The notes: generated by a model not told the origin, from the sequence alone. Counted from the stretch's first letter, positions 25,350 through 39,764 are shown. The stretch is DNA of 64,000 nt from Octopus sinensis (GCF_006345805.1 NC_043005.1:74152001-74216000), one strand, 5' to 3'. Made by a program: numbers and translations.

Positions 25350-26189
25350 GAGCACTGTATATCTTTAATCTATGTGTATGTAAATGTATGTATATGTATG
25401 CATTTGAGTGTATGTATTTACACACATACATGATTATACATTTGTGTATTATGTGCGTGTATGTGTGTGAGTGATAGAATGAATTCATAATATATGATTG
25501 TACAAATGTAATTGATATTATTTAAAAAAAAAATCAAATAAATGAATATAAAAATAATAATAATAAATAAATAATTAACATTCACCTGTATTTCGATTTC
25601 GTTTTCAAGGTTACCGGTATTGCGGTCGATACCGTCCCACACACAGATGCTCACATTAGCTACAGATGACAACAACGCCCACCCATGGGGCAGCGTTTGG
25701 CACTGGTTGTGATGGTAGTGTCATCTCCTACAGCTTGATGTTAAACAAATATAAAGAGAACTATTGCAAACCATAAAAGAGCAACAGAATAACCGCCGGA
25801 GTATCGACAGGAGCATCTGCATTATTATTATTATCATCATTATTATTATTATCATCATCATAATTATTATTAGTGTTATTATTATTATTATTATTATTGT
25901 CATCATCATCATCATTTGCAACAGCTGTACGACTATATAAAGTTATCTGCAAGAACAACAGCCAACACAATCAACATAGCAACATTTATACACATTTAAT
26001 GGTGTCTTTGTAAACAACCAAACAACAACAACAAGCATCAATTATCAACGACAACAACTAAGTCAGATTGGTAAAAAAAACAACAGCAACAACAGTTAAC
26101 CTAACGGAGTGAGGCGCTAGCAACCACCACCATCACCACCATCACCACCACCACAACCACCACCACCATCAGCCACAACAACAACAACA

Positions 26190-26241
<52 letters not shown>

Positions 26242-26455
26242 TGTCCATGAAGTTTTCTTGATCAGTGTACATCTTTCGTATTTTCTATCTATCTATCTAT
26301 TTATCTGTCTGTATGTTTGTCTTTCTGACTAACTGTCTGATTGTCACTGCCTCCTCTTTCTCTTCTTCTCTCTGTATCCCACAACCTCTCTCTGTGTTTC
26401 TATCATCCGCTCTATCAATATAATTTACATCCACCTGTTTCATACGTCCGAATCC

Positions 26456-26524
<69 letters not shown>

Positions 26525-26850
26525 CAAGACACTAGCACTTCCTTTCTTAATCAACGTTTTACCTGCTGTCTACCTCAACATCCCCCTCCACCACCACCAG
26601 CAACAGCAACAACAAAGCAACAGCAACTACAACAACAACGCCATATTTGAAATCTTTCCTATCCTCTTTCTCTGATTCACTCTTTCCTCCATTTTCAATT
26701 ATCCATCAATTAAAAAGCTCTCATCTCCATCGACACCTATTTAACCATCTACCCTATCTACCCTCTACCTATTTACCTACCTACGTATCTACCTACCTAA
26801 TTTGATTAGCCCACCCTCAATTTTAGTCATTCAGTGAACAATACTATTTC

Positions 26851-27187
<337 letters not shown>

Positions 27188-27619
27188 CACCCATCCTCTT
27201 ACGATTTACCTAACTTCAGAAAAAAACTACTTACCTTTCATCCTCCCTATCGACCTACCTACTTAACTTTCTATTTTCCTAGCTGACTATCTATCACATC
27301 CCCCAACTCCGTCTGCCTAACCGTAGCGAAACACTCTTCCCTGCCATTCATCCACCCGATATCCATCCACGGCCCCCACCACACGCGCACACCCCTACGC
27401 ACGCGCTCAAACTACATCAAAACCTCCACTCCACTTACCCTGCTCCACCCAAGGTTTTCTTTATCTTTAGTTCCATTCCAAGCATCATTTCGCCCGCGTG
27501 GTGTTGTTAATAACACCGTTCATGTATATATATCTATGTATGATTCTTCGCTCACACTCCTCCGTTTCAAAGTGTAAGTAGTGCCTTTTTTGTCGGGGCC
27601 TCTTTACAAACCGGCAGTG

Positions 27620-29165
27620 ATGCTAAACCTCTCAACTGCCCTACTCGCCGTTGCTTATCTTATTGTTATCATCGGTGCTAGTGCCCTGTCGACCAGCTTT
27701 ATTCAACATTACGAACACCTCAACATCAACAACAGCAACAATAATAACCACAGCGATCAACATCATCACCAGCATCACAACAACACTTCTAAACACAACC
27801 ACGGTAACCACAAAAACATTAAGAGCAACGTTAGGAATAAAGCTAATAATATTACTACTACCACTAATACTAATATTAATAATACTAATAATAATAATAG
27901 TAATTCTACTTATAATATTTTTGGCATTTCTATTGATATCACCCATAACGGCAAGAAACCTCACAACCGTAGTCATAATCAAAGTCACAACCGCAGTGAC
28001 AACAAGAACCTCGACCACAACAATAATCGCAGCAATAATCACAACAACAGCAACCATAACAACAACCATAACAACAACCATAGCAACAACCATAGCAACA
28101 ACAACAAAAACAGTAAAAAACGTAATAAAAACAAAAATAGCCACAATAGTAGACGCCCTTCTGACAGGAATTTTAGAAATCGTAAACAAACTGTAACATT
28201 GTTAAAACATAAGCGGCAACAGCGGCAACAGCACCTGCAGCAGCAACAGCAGCAGCAGCAACAGCAGCAGCCGCGGCGGCGGCAGTTGAGGCAACAGCAG
28301 CAGCAGCATCAGCAGCAAAAGCAGCAGCAACATCAAAAACAACAGCAACATTACCAAGTACTTTTCAATCAGAAACTGGCCTTGAGGGCTCCTGAAATAC
28401 ACTATGAGGGCACAGTGGAATTGGTGACGTCAGAAAGACGGCGTGAGTTAGAGGATTACTTCCCCGTGGTTAGCAACAACAAAAACGTTAGGAAACGAAG
28501 GAACAGTGGAATGAAGGCCAACAGCCGCAACGAGCTGATGGAGACGGAAAAATACTTACTGGGGGATTCCAGTGTGCATATAAGGGTATTTGAAGAGCTT
28601 GTACGCAGATTATTGAAGATCTATAAAAGAAGAGGTTTCAGCTCTGAAGTACGGGAAGACGAATACCCGAACACGGTTCTGGGGGATTTCGAACGTTTGA
28701 AACAACAAACATCGCAAAATCAACATCAACATCATCAACAACAACAACAACAACAACACAAACAAAAACAAAAACAAAGACAGCAGCATCAAAAGCAACA
28801 ACAAAAACACCAACAAAAACAGCAACATCAGCGTCAAAAACAAAAACAGCATCTGCAACGCCAAAAGCAAAAACAACAGAGGCAGTTGCACCAAGGTAGC
28901 GGCAAGAAGGGGAAAGCTGTACCATCGTTGCCATCATCACCGTTACAACCATTGATTGAAACAACTACAAAACCACATGTGGACACGCTGGTGCAATTTA
29001 TGCATCAATTAAGTAAACAACCAGAAACATCAGAGGAAGTACTCCTGAGACAATACTTTGAACGGCTAGCAAACCAGCCGGGAACTTCTCCTGAGCAAAT
29101 CCAACATGGGTCAGGGTTTGATAGACAATATGACCCAGATAATCAATCGACGCCTCCATCATACG
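27620..29165 (+). CDS. Large coding exon of a predicted secreted Asn/His/Gln-rich protein, family unknown; gene continues downstream
   Basis: 515 codons stay open across several triplet-repeat tracts. N-terminus MLNLSTALLAVAYLIVIIGASA is signal-peptide-like. Non-repetitive islands (RAPEIHYEGTVELVTSERRRELEDYF; RKRR; DTLVQFMHQL). Ends TAC G|GTAAGT (phase 1). Confidence 0.8.
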
Positions 29166-29697
29166 GTAAGTAACGAAAAAAAAAAAAAGGATAATATATA
29201 CATTCTATGTATAAACATGCTTTTATATATAACTTATATATAACTTATGATTTTTCTTTCTTTAGTTCGTAGTAAGTTTATGTGTGCGTCAACAAATGAT
29301 TCTGAATTTTTACTCCAATAACCAAAGATGTTGGGTCCCCCTTCTTTCTCTGAAACGTTTCTCAATGCTCTCCCATCCCTCTTCTTCTCTCTCCCATCTT
29401 CGACTATCAACGTGGTTTTCCCTCGTCTCTCTTCGACGACCCTCGTCTCTCTTCGACGACTCTCGTCTCTTTTTCGTCGTTGCTTCAATAAAAGACGTCA
29501 AGACGTGTAATCTGTGGAATACGTGTATGTTTATTGGCTTGGGTTAGCGTATGTGTTACAAAACAGTGTGTGTTGCGCCCCGTACATACGTCTGAGTACG
29601 TGCGTCTGTGTGTGAATGTGTATGAATGTGTGTGTGTGTGTGCTTTGTGAGTTTGTTAAATGTTTATATCACGTATCTTATTGGATTAAATGCGTTC

Positions 29698-29734
<37 letters not shown>

Positions 29735-30126
29735 CACAGCAAAAAAAGAAAACAAACAAACAAACAAAAAAACCCAAGTCAACTTGGCACACATTCTTTT
29801 TCATCGTTTCAGCATATTCTTGCCTCCTCTGCACATTGCATATCACCACAACACACTTTGTCAGTTCTTTTCTTTGTTGGTTTCCTTTCTTCCTTACTTC
29901 CTTTCTGTCTTCCTCTCTGCTTCTCTGCCTCCCTCCCTCCCTCCCTCCCAAACGTCCTGCTTCTCTCGAAGAAGTAATTCTGTCTGCGGGTCTATCGGGA
30001 CGAATGTTTGTGCCGATTGTATGAGAATGTGCGTGTACGTGTGTATTTCTGCTTTCACGTGCACGTGTTTGAGTGTGTGTGTGTCTGAGTGTACATACAT
30101 ACATACATACACACATATGTGAGTGC

Positions 30127-30172
<46 letters not shown>

Positions 30173-30216
30173 GCACTCACATATGTGTGTATGTATGTAT
30201 GTATGTACACTCACTC

Positions 30217-30285
<69 letters not shown>

Positions 30286-30308
30286 CTATATATATATACA
30301 TATATATA

Positions 30309-30372
<64 letters not shown>

Positions 30373-30782
30373 CATATATATACATATATATATGTATATA
30401 TACATATGAGTATGTATATATATGCATACTCACACACACCATATATATATGTATATATGTATATGTATGTATATATTTATATTAAAATATCTGTAATATC
30501 TGTAATCGGATATTCAAATATATGTGTGTGTGTGTATGTGTGTGTTTGTGTGTATGTGTATGTGTGTGTGTCTGTGTGTGTAAAGTAAGATTGAGAGAGA
30601 GAGAGAAGGGTATTTAAATGGTTTTCTGTCTTGATATATTAACTATTGAACTGCGGCCATGCTGTGGCATCGGCTTCATGGATTTCACATCATTCTCATC
30701 GACTTGAATTTTCATTTCAAATTACTAATTCATACTTCAACATAAAGCGACACTCTAATGTTTTATACCGAGAAACACACAC

Positions 30783-30839
<57 letters not shown>

Positions 30840-31096
30840 ATTGTACGATGTAGAGATTCCATCTGCCAAATTCCATTGACAAGTCATTCATTGGTCGGCT
30901 GAGAATAAAAGTTGGAGAGACTTGTCCAAGGTGCCACGCAGTGACTTCCCAACCCGGAACCACGTGGCTACGAAATTAGACTCTAAGCCAGAATGCTACG
31001 CCTGCGCCTATATGTGTGTTTGCGTGTAGTTATATTTGTGTGTCTATGTGTGAGCGCGTCTATATGTGCGTTTATGTGTGTCTATGTCTACGACCT

Positions 31097-31132
<36 letters not shown>

Positions 31133-31999
31133 TAACACTGTGTGTATTTGTGTGTGTCTATGACTGTGTGCGTATGCATGTGTAGGCTTTTATTTGCGTC
31201 ATGAATGTGTGAGTGTACGTGTGTTTGTAGTGAGTATACGAGTTTAAGTACGTGAGCGTGTATCCATTACCATTCTTACATAATTCTCATAAGCATAAAG
31301 CCAAACAAAATACTAAGCGTATAAACACATAAACGTGTATATTCTGAGAGCAACAGTAATATATGTGATGGCGTGTCAGCATGTGATAATGTGTCACCTC
31401 TTAATTCACAACTTTTTTTCTCCGTCATTCTTGCGTAGTTGTCATAATCCATTCAACACCCACCATCTAACCCTTAGGTTTCTTTATTGCAAGCATTCAG
31501 ATCAAGTCTTGATGTCTTGACACGCTATTCCCTACTGCAGTAACCCACGATTGTGCTTTCTTCGTACTTTCCCTTATAGTAGTTTCAGACGGAGGCTGTG
31601 TACATGGTCATGAGTACAACAGGTCTTCCTCTTTTGTTAAAGTTGTAAGATAGTAATTTACATTTAGAACGTTATTGTAAAATATATATACACTGACCCA
31701 GACAAGAGACGAACTCAAAATCTCGCTTGGGAATTCTTCGTCTGGTGTTCGCTCGTTTAGAATATCATTCTGCTTTCTAAATATAAATTTACAGTTCTTT
31801 TACTATTAAACTCTTCCACTTAACTTACTCACTTTACGTAATGTACACACATCCTCACATGCATACCCACATATGCACATGTATATAAGTATGTATGAAT
31901 GCATATAATGATTGAAAGGATGTTGTTATGATTCAAACATCGTCTTTGCATTGTTATATATCACACTTAGATACAAACACAGGAATTAGATGTAAGTCA

Positions 32000-32830
32000 C
32001 GTTGCACCTAAGTATGCACAGACCTATCAAACAATACCACAGAGTTAAACAAGCATTAAGAGTTAAACAAGCATTACTTAATAACGGATACTCAAACTCC
32101 GTTGTGAGCCATTCTGTAAAAAAAATACATAGAAAAATATGTAAAAAAATACAACAGATTTCTTGCTACCACAAACACAGATAAAAACACACAAACCACA
32201 AAGCATATTACATAAAACCAAATATACCTTTTTTGCGTTTATATATTTGTTTTGCAAGATTTTTGATGTGAAATCGTGTGTTGAAACAGATATTGTTGTA
32301 TTTAGGAATGGTCATTTTGCCAGTTTAGCCAATAAAAACACACGCATTATATATTTGGTGTTACTTTGCTTCAGCGTTATTTATTTTTTACATTAATCTT
32401 AATCTTATTTACAGAATGGATGAATTATACAATTAAAAATTCACAAAATGCAATATATTATGTAACACCCTAATAAAATATATGATAAAAAAATCAGTAG
32501 ACTTAAAACTCTCAACACAAAATAACACATATGCAAACTACAGGTCGTATTTCAGACAATAGAGAACTTTCATAGTAAACATGAAATGTTTTAGACCTCG
32601 GGAATGAAACTGTTATATCGAAGACATTATTATGACTTGTTCTCGTCGTTTGAACATGCATTTACAGCAAGCATTCATTATAATTCATTACAATACAGAA
32701 TATGTAAAACATTTATTAATAACACCTACATCTTATATAGAATTCTACATACGTACACGCAGAGGAAAGACCTTTATCAATTTTGGAAACTTTATTAATA
32801 GCAAAATACCAACCCAAAATCAACACATCC
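32000..32830 (+). mobile_element. Degenerate Penelope-like element (RT C-terminus plus GIY-YIG)
   Basis: Fragments RVKQALLNNGYSNSVV (about 32060-32110), YIEDIIMTCSRRLNMHLQ (about 32615-32670) and LSILETLLIAKYQPKINTS (32774-32830) occur in order with frameshifts. Confidence 0.65.
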
Positions 32831-33260
32831 ATATAGCACGAGTGAAAGAGACTGTGGCAATTAACAAAAATTAGCCGGTAAATAACGATATTTCCGACAG
32901 TAACGATTTTCAGCGGTTACAATAGCATTATTATGATGCTGTTCCGTTGCTGTCTACTACAAAACTTCGTCACAGTGCGTCACTATAATTGTTTCATTCC
33001 ATTCTGAAACTGTAGATGAGAAATTGTGAAAAGCTAATGTCCATAGGGAGGTTATTGTTACAAAGTAAACGTACCTAAGTTCTTAATAGGAAATATAGAA
33101 TATCGTTAATTATAAAAATTAAACTCGGACTTAGTTGTGTTTTCTATGGATTATGCTTCAAAGAAAAGCTATTATATACATACATGCATACACACATGCA
33201 TGCATATGTACATATGCATATATACATATATATTTGTGTGTGTATGTATATATATGTATG

Positions 33261-33337
<77 letters not shown>

Positions 33338-33365
33338 GTAAATGTAATAAGTGACAATTATTGGG

Positions 33366-33439
33366 TAGCCATGATAAAACTCCGAGTTTCGGATGCCGAG
33401 GTGGAAATCCACGCCGCCATCTCTTCAGTTATCTGGCCA
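33366..33439 (-). ncRNA. Type I hammerhead ribozyme motif (left arm, minus strand)
   Basis: Minus strand reads GATAA-CTGAAGA-GATGGCGGCGTGGATTTCCACCTCGGCATCC-GAAA-CTCGGAG-TT-TTATC. Confidence 0.68.
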
Positions 33440-33481
33440 TCGGGAAAATGCTATGAAAAATGACCCATAGCATTTTTCCGA

Positions 33482-33562
33482 TGGCCGGATAACTGAAGAA
33501 ATGGTGGCGTGGATCGTGGATTTCCACCTCGGCATCCGAAACTCGGAGTTTTATCATGGCTA
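33482..33562 (+). ncRNA. Type I hammerhead ribozyme motif (right arm)
   Basis: GATAA-CTGAAGA-stem II-GAAA-CTCGGAG-TT-TTATC. Stem I GATAA/TTATC extends via TGGCC/GGCTA; stem III is quasi-palindromic ACTCGGAGT. The base of stem II is mismatched in this arm. Confidence 0.6.
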
Positions 33563-34757
33563 CTGAATAATTGTCGCATATTACATTTACAGATAAATTC
33601 CTCTATTTACATAATATCGAGGTCTCTTTCTTTCTTTTGTTGTCTTACCCGTTTTTATCAATATATATAAATATATGTATGTATATATATATATATATAT
33701 ATGTACATGTGCGTGTGTGAATCTGTGACTATAAATATCCCCCCCCCACACACACATACAAACAAAGCTGTTTCTGAGTAACCGTCTGTCATTCACGTAA
33801 TCGATATGTCTGTTTGATGGTCTTTTCTATCCATCTTCACGTTTACAAAGATATTTTCCTCTATTTTATAGCTACTACCTCACTAACAATCTGCTTCTGT
33901 TTCGTAATTATCTCTCTGCCTCTCTGCTTGTGATGTTCTAATCTTTATCTTTGTCACCTTTATTTCCTTGGGTTGTATTTTCAAGCATCTTTTCACTCAA
34001 GCTACCTCTTCAAACAACCGTTAATACAAACTAATTATTCTCTGTATAAATATTTTCCAGTAGAAATATCCAATAGCCAATGTATTCATGTTAACTATTT
34101 TGTCGTTTCCTTAAATTGTCTTTGACTGACTTTCAACTTAAAATTTATACTAGATACCGGAAGAGCAACACGTCGTGATCTCGACTTGAGTTCTATGTTT
34201 TATATATACTTATTGTAATGTCTTAGAATTGCTTTGTAAAAGCAAACGACGAAAATGAATTATAATTTTGTGTGCGATACAAGAATTTGATTCCCAAAGC
34301 TTAAAACATTTCATGTTTACTATAAAAGTTGTATATCACCTGAAGTACGACCTATAGGCGACATAAATTCCTTTCAATCATGCCATCAATACTTATAGAA
34401 AATGTCGGTCACTCACTTATCAGATATCGATCCCTCACTTTACCTTGTTTAAATTCAACGGCAATCTTCATGACATAAGGCTTAAACAAGCTGGGTTGAG
34501 AGGCACCATTGAACAATAACAAACCCACCGCCACTACCACCAACAATAACAACATCGATAGCAACTGCAGCAGTAGTAGCCACAAAAATAATAATAAGAA
34601 AACACGTGATATGCAATCGTTCGACTAGCAAGTCATAGCAACCAAATCTTCCTTCAATTACCCACCCGTTAGGTCAGCGCTGAATTAAACGTTAAGCAAA
34701 ATTAGGCGCTTCGAGAGAAGTGGTAGGGGCACTACAGAAATAATAAATGGCTTACGG

Positions 34758-34790
<33 letters not shown>

Positions 34791-35046
34791 TCACACACAC
34801 AAAATCAATTTAAGCTTGCTAAAAGAATTCCGGGATACCTTATATCTACTAAGTATAGAAGCAGATGAGTTACGAAAGATTAATTTTGAGGATCTGATTA
34901 AAGATTTTTCATATATAAATAAAATGGAAATATATAAAACAAACCATTATTTTCCATGTTACTGTTTTAGTTTCATTTTGAAAAATAACAATGTATTTAA
35001 TGGTTTATTTTTGTTTATATTTTGATATATATATATCGGATGGTTT

Positions 35047-35300
35047 GGAGGCGCGTGGCTTAGTGGTTAGGGTGTCAGGATCATGATCGTAAGATTGTGG
35101 TTTCGATTCGTGGACCGGGCAACGCGTTGTGTTCTTGAGCAAAACACTTCATTTCATGTTGCTCCAGTCCACTCAGCTGGCAAAAATGAGTAACGCTGCG
35201 ATGGACTGGCGTCCCGTCCAGCTGGGGTACACATACGCCATTGAAACCGGGAAACCGGGCCCATGAGCCTAGCTAGGCTTTAAAAGGGTACATTTATTTT
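35047..35300 (+). mobile_element. tRNA-head SINE (family E)
   Basis: ggaggcgcgtggcttagtggttagggtg..ggtttcgattcg. Related copies at about 1405-1600, 16620-16820, 17986-18270 and 39160-39470. Confidence 0.75.
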
Positions 35301-38300
35301 ATTATATTGGATGGTGGTACATGGAGCCTCTATGGTTCTTAATCCAGCTTTGCGTTAGGTAATTAATAATCGGAATATATGTTTGATGCGCTTGTTGTTT
35401 GTGAATCTTTATACCTTGTAGTCTGTTCTAAGTTTTCCTTCATTCATGTTGGATAGAACTTGTTGAAGGTTTCTTGGTTTACATTGCTTTAGTTGTTTGT
35501 AGTATAACTTACGTTGATATTGCATGATTGTCCTTCATTGGGATTCTAATTACGGCTAAGGTATCACTTAGCGAATGGTTTCTAGTTTAGGGAGGTTTTA
35601 ATGTATATAAACAAATACATTGGGCAATGTTTGTTTCTGTTGTCATGTACGACTGTTGCATTATTTTATGTTAGCTATGATCAGTCAGGGCGTCCTTGGA
35701 AAGAAACAATAACAAACTGTAGCACCAACAACAGCGCACCTAAGGTCTACGAGGCTCCAGCGGGGGCGGGGTGAACCCAGCTGTACTCTTTCATCACAAC
35801 TTTCTCTCACTCTTTCTTCCTACTTCTGCCACAAATCAGAGGAGCCATAGTGTAACCCACTATGGTGTGGTAAAACTTTCAGACCCTAGTCTACATTGCG
35901 AATCCTCTGTACCCCAGGATGGTTCAGCTTTCCACCCGTTAAAAGCCACCGTTTACGGAATGCGGATAACAACGTAGCTTTCGCGACCGTACAACCGCCA
36001 GTCTATCGCGTGTGGTGGGTGGACCCTCAAGTTGCCACATGTATTCTTAGTAGCTTAGAGTAGGCTCGAATTAGAGATTATTCTTTGTGGCTAATAGAGT
36101 GAATCCTGATTGGAAGAAGAGGAAGAAGAGGACAACAACAGCAACGATAAAATCAAGCACACATACGCGCGCGCGCATGCACACAGAAAACAAGTGATCT
36201 AAAATAGTTTGTAAAATGCGATTATGACTGAATGAATTCCAAGCAGTCTTGAAATAAGAATAACGAGGTGTGGTACCAGATGGTGCCAGGCGTCTGCGTT
36301 ATAAAGTACCTTGTTCGATAGCTCAACAATATATAATTTTTATGCAAACTCAACTATTTTCTCCATTCTATACCATGTCCGGCTCTGTTCGCATTTCGTT
36401 TACATTTATGTAAATTCAAGCCCCACCCACAGATGCTTACGTCATCTCCAACTCGCTTTATTTACATAGTATCAATTACATCGAATAGACCATAAGGTAG
36501 AAAAATTTCAGAATGAAATGAAATGTCTATGGTTCTTACAACCCATGACTGAAGTGGAGTTATTTTTTGGTATTACTGTTATTGTTGATTAGCATAAATA
36601 AACCCTGATTGACCAAACCTATGGTCAAAAATACTCCAGCCAGCCGTGGTCATGTGTCGTTTATTTATTTACTTATTTATTTACTTATTTATTTGTGGAA
36701 TATTTATTCTCTCACATGTACTTTATTTAAGTCAGATGAGTGGGGTCTGAGGGACATTTTGCTGCTAGTTCTAGGTGGTCAAACGACTTATAATATAGAG
36801 GTTATCGTTTTATACTTCATGACGTTCAGGAATCCAAGTGAAAATATTTTGTATGGAAAGTTTTAAAATACTTGTACACCGCACGTGGAGCATTTAAACC
36901 AAAATGGGGTGGAACTATAGAAAACTACTACAACTGCTTCGTTCTATTAATCATATTTGTGTGAAACAAAACTCTGAATAACTCTGAATTACATTGAATT
37001 AATTTGGACTGGTATAGCTTATCTAAAGCCATAAATTAAGATTTTTAAAGTCAGCAGCGCAGCTAGATAATCCGGGTGATTCTACCCGTACGCTGTGGCT
37101 CCCTGTTTGACAACAGTTGGCGCAGAGTCTTTTTGGTTGGTTTAGGATTAAGTGAATTAAATTATAAACGTAAAATTCTCCCATTACACAAGGTTCTTTT
37201 AAAGGATTGATCGGGGCTTCGGTTTTACAGTGTTAAACAGCTGGCAAATAAACTTACCATTAGACATGACATTAGTATTTCGCAAATGATATTGCTAAAA
37301 GACTGGGCACGCATTCCTACTATTTCACTAGACTTAGTTGCGATCAATTGAATGTGAAGTCACACCCCAGTTTCGTACTTTGCTAAGTTCTCAATCGGGA
37401 ATCGAAACTGAGTCACAAAACCATCATACGATGCGCTCTTCTTGTACTCTACGATATTTTTCCTCTTTGCTTGCATTTAATGCCTGTGTAGTACAGGTAC
37501 ATTTAATACCTGTGTATCCACCTATAAACATCTTGGTAGTGAAATGTGCTTCGCATGTCGACTATTGCGGAAATTAAAAGTTTAGTAAGGCAATAGTTTT
37601 GCGATAAAAGTCGCGACAGAAATAGGTCTATCAGCGCTATAAGAAAAACTCGAAAGGTGGAGGTGGGCGTCTTAGAATAGAAGCAGATTCCTGGGAAGCC
37701 AATTCTGTGACATAGTTTCGACTCCAGTTGAAGCAATTTCTTATCACTCAAATTACCAATGCTCATGGGAATGGCTTATACGTCACAATATCCCATATTC
37801 GCATTATTACTTTCGTGTCTAGTTAACAAGACACTCCTTACACACCGCGATGGGAAGAGTTGTAGAAAATATCTTAAGTACGGCATTACAGAAAAAGCTT
37901 GCCTATTCAGGATGACTGCATCAGCAAACCCGGCTAGGTCAATTCAGTTCAAAAGAAAGCTCAGAGAATCATTGCAGGTTGTCGCCGTTTTTGCTTCGCT
38001 GACGTTCAGTCAACTTATTTGAGGAATGAACACTACATGATCTATTTTAGCCCCATTTAATAATTCTAATATATTTTTGCATAATTATCAATGTTGCCCG
38101 GATCAGGCAAGCCTGAGACCAAATGAATTCTAGCCGTAACCGTTCTAACTTTTATCAGGCATAGTGTAGACATTCCCTCACTGTTCCGTAAAGACGCAGT
38201 GCGACCTCTTTATCGAAGTAATTTTCTGTCCTTAGACAGACGACAGGCCACTTGTACACCGTCACTTAATCATCCTAGACTACACGCAATCATAATACCA

Positions 38301-38331
38301 TCGAAAGTTCATGTTTAAGTTCCATCACCAG

Positions 38332-38611
38332 TTGTAGCTAATTGAGGAATTACTTATCTTGTAGTAAAATCTAAACGATTAAAATATTTGGTCAGAGTCT
38401 AAATTCCTGCACACATACACTAAAGTATCTATTGGCTCGCTATAAACTATTCTAATATATAATACAACTTTTGTCTTCTGTTTGATAAAAACACTATAAG
38501 TTGTTGCAGTTATTTGCTAGCTTTCTTAAACTTCTTCCTAAAGAGCTTCCAATTTCCGGTTACTCCACACATCACCAATGTAACACATTCCATTGCTTCG
38601 TACCGTATTTG
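38332..38611. repeat. 280-bp block repeated at 41471-41751
   Basis: Direct repeat, about 85-90% similar by eye, 3.1 kb apart. Confidence 0.93.
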
Positions 38612-39764
38612 TTTTCAGAACAGAACGTTTTTAACATTTAGCTTTACTTTGGTTTAATTTATTTTGTTTTCATTCGTTCAGTTTTACTTCATTTAATTAA
38701 TTTAGCTTTGTGTTGCCACTTCTATTATATCATGTGCAGTGCCTTTCATCGTTAGCTATTCAACAGTCATTGATATCTATCACCATTACAAAAAATATAT
38801 ATATTTATCGCCATGATAGATCGGTAGCCACTACACACATTTTTTTCTCTCCTTGTTTCTCTCCTTGTTTTATTCTGTGTCCCTTTCTGTAGAAGAGCGT
38901 AGACTCGAAACATAAAAGACTTTTTCAATTCCTGAGCATTATACTAATACATCTGTTTGTTTTGTACACCACCTGTCTTGTCTTTTTTTTTTTCGTGAAC
39001 TCTCCATATATGTATTTATCTCTCCTCCACTTTAATCAATGCTCCGTTGCTTTAAAGTATCTTATAATAACCTTTCATTTCTTCTCTTGCAACACTGTTT
39101 GGTTCACCTTTCGTCGGATCAGCAGCTTACATTAGAATGTACAATTGTTATTTGTTATGAAGGTGCGTGGCTTGGTGGTCAGGGTATTCGCCGCATGATC
39201 GTAAGGTCATGAGTTCGTTTCCCAGCAGCGCGTTGTGTCCTTAACCAAGATACGTTTTTCAACGTTGCCTTAGTCCATTCAGCTGACAAAAGGGAGTAGC
39301 ACCTGTATTTCAAAGGGCCAACCTTGTCATTCTGTGTTACTCTGAATCTTCCTGAGAACCAGGTGAAGGGCACACGTATCTATAAAGTGCTCATTCACTT
39401 GCGCGTTAATTTCATGAGCAGGCTGTTGATCGGTCAACTGAAATCTTCGTCGTCGTAACTGACGGAGTACCGGTTAGTTATTTGTTCAGCGGGCATTTGT
39501 GCAAATTAATGTATAGTTATATGTGGAAAAGTGTGTATATGAATAAATTGAAAACAAACCAGTTATGTGTGCGAGCAGTATTACGCATTGCTTATAAATA
39601 TTCATGAATATAGACTGTATTAATATATTTTCCGTCTACCAAATCCACTCACAGGTCTTTGGTAGGCCCGAGGCTATAATAGAAGACACTTGCCCAAGGT
39701 GCCACGCAGTGGGACTCAACCCGGAACCATATGGTTGGTAAGCAAGCTACTTATCACACCAGGC

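Larger units (their letters stand above)
33334..33594. repeat. Long fold-back inverted repeat (about 120-bp arms, 10-nt loop), PLE pLTR-like
   Basis: 33334-33455 is the near-perfect reverse complement of 33466-33594. Confidence 0.95.

Noticed and set aside
27641-28964. Alternative-frame and antisense ORFs over the 530-aa ORF
   Set aside because: Low-complexity shadows of the coding triplet repeats.
31589-31644. Possible small phase-1 exon (DGGCVHGHEYNRSSSFVKV) with tttcag and GTAAGA sites
   Set aside because: Too short, with no recognisable motif or downstream partner; such sites occur by chance. RNA-seq junctions would decide.
37860-38022. VNSVQKKAQRII resembling a CR1/L2 post-RT motif
   Set aside because: A single short motif; neighbouring motifs could not be recovered in any frame.
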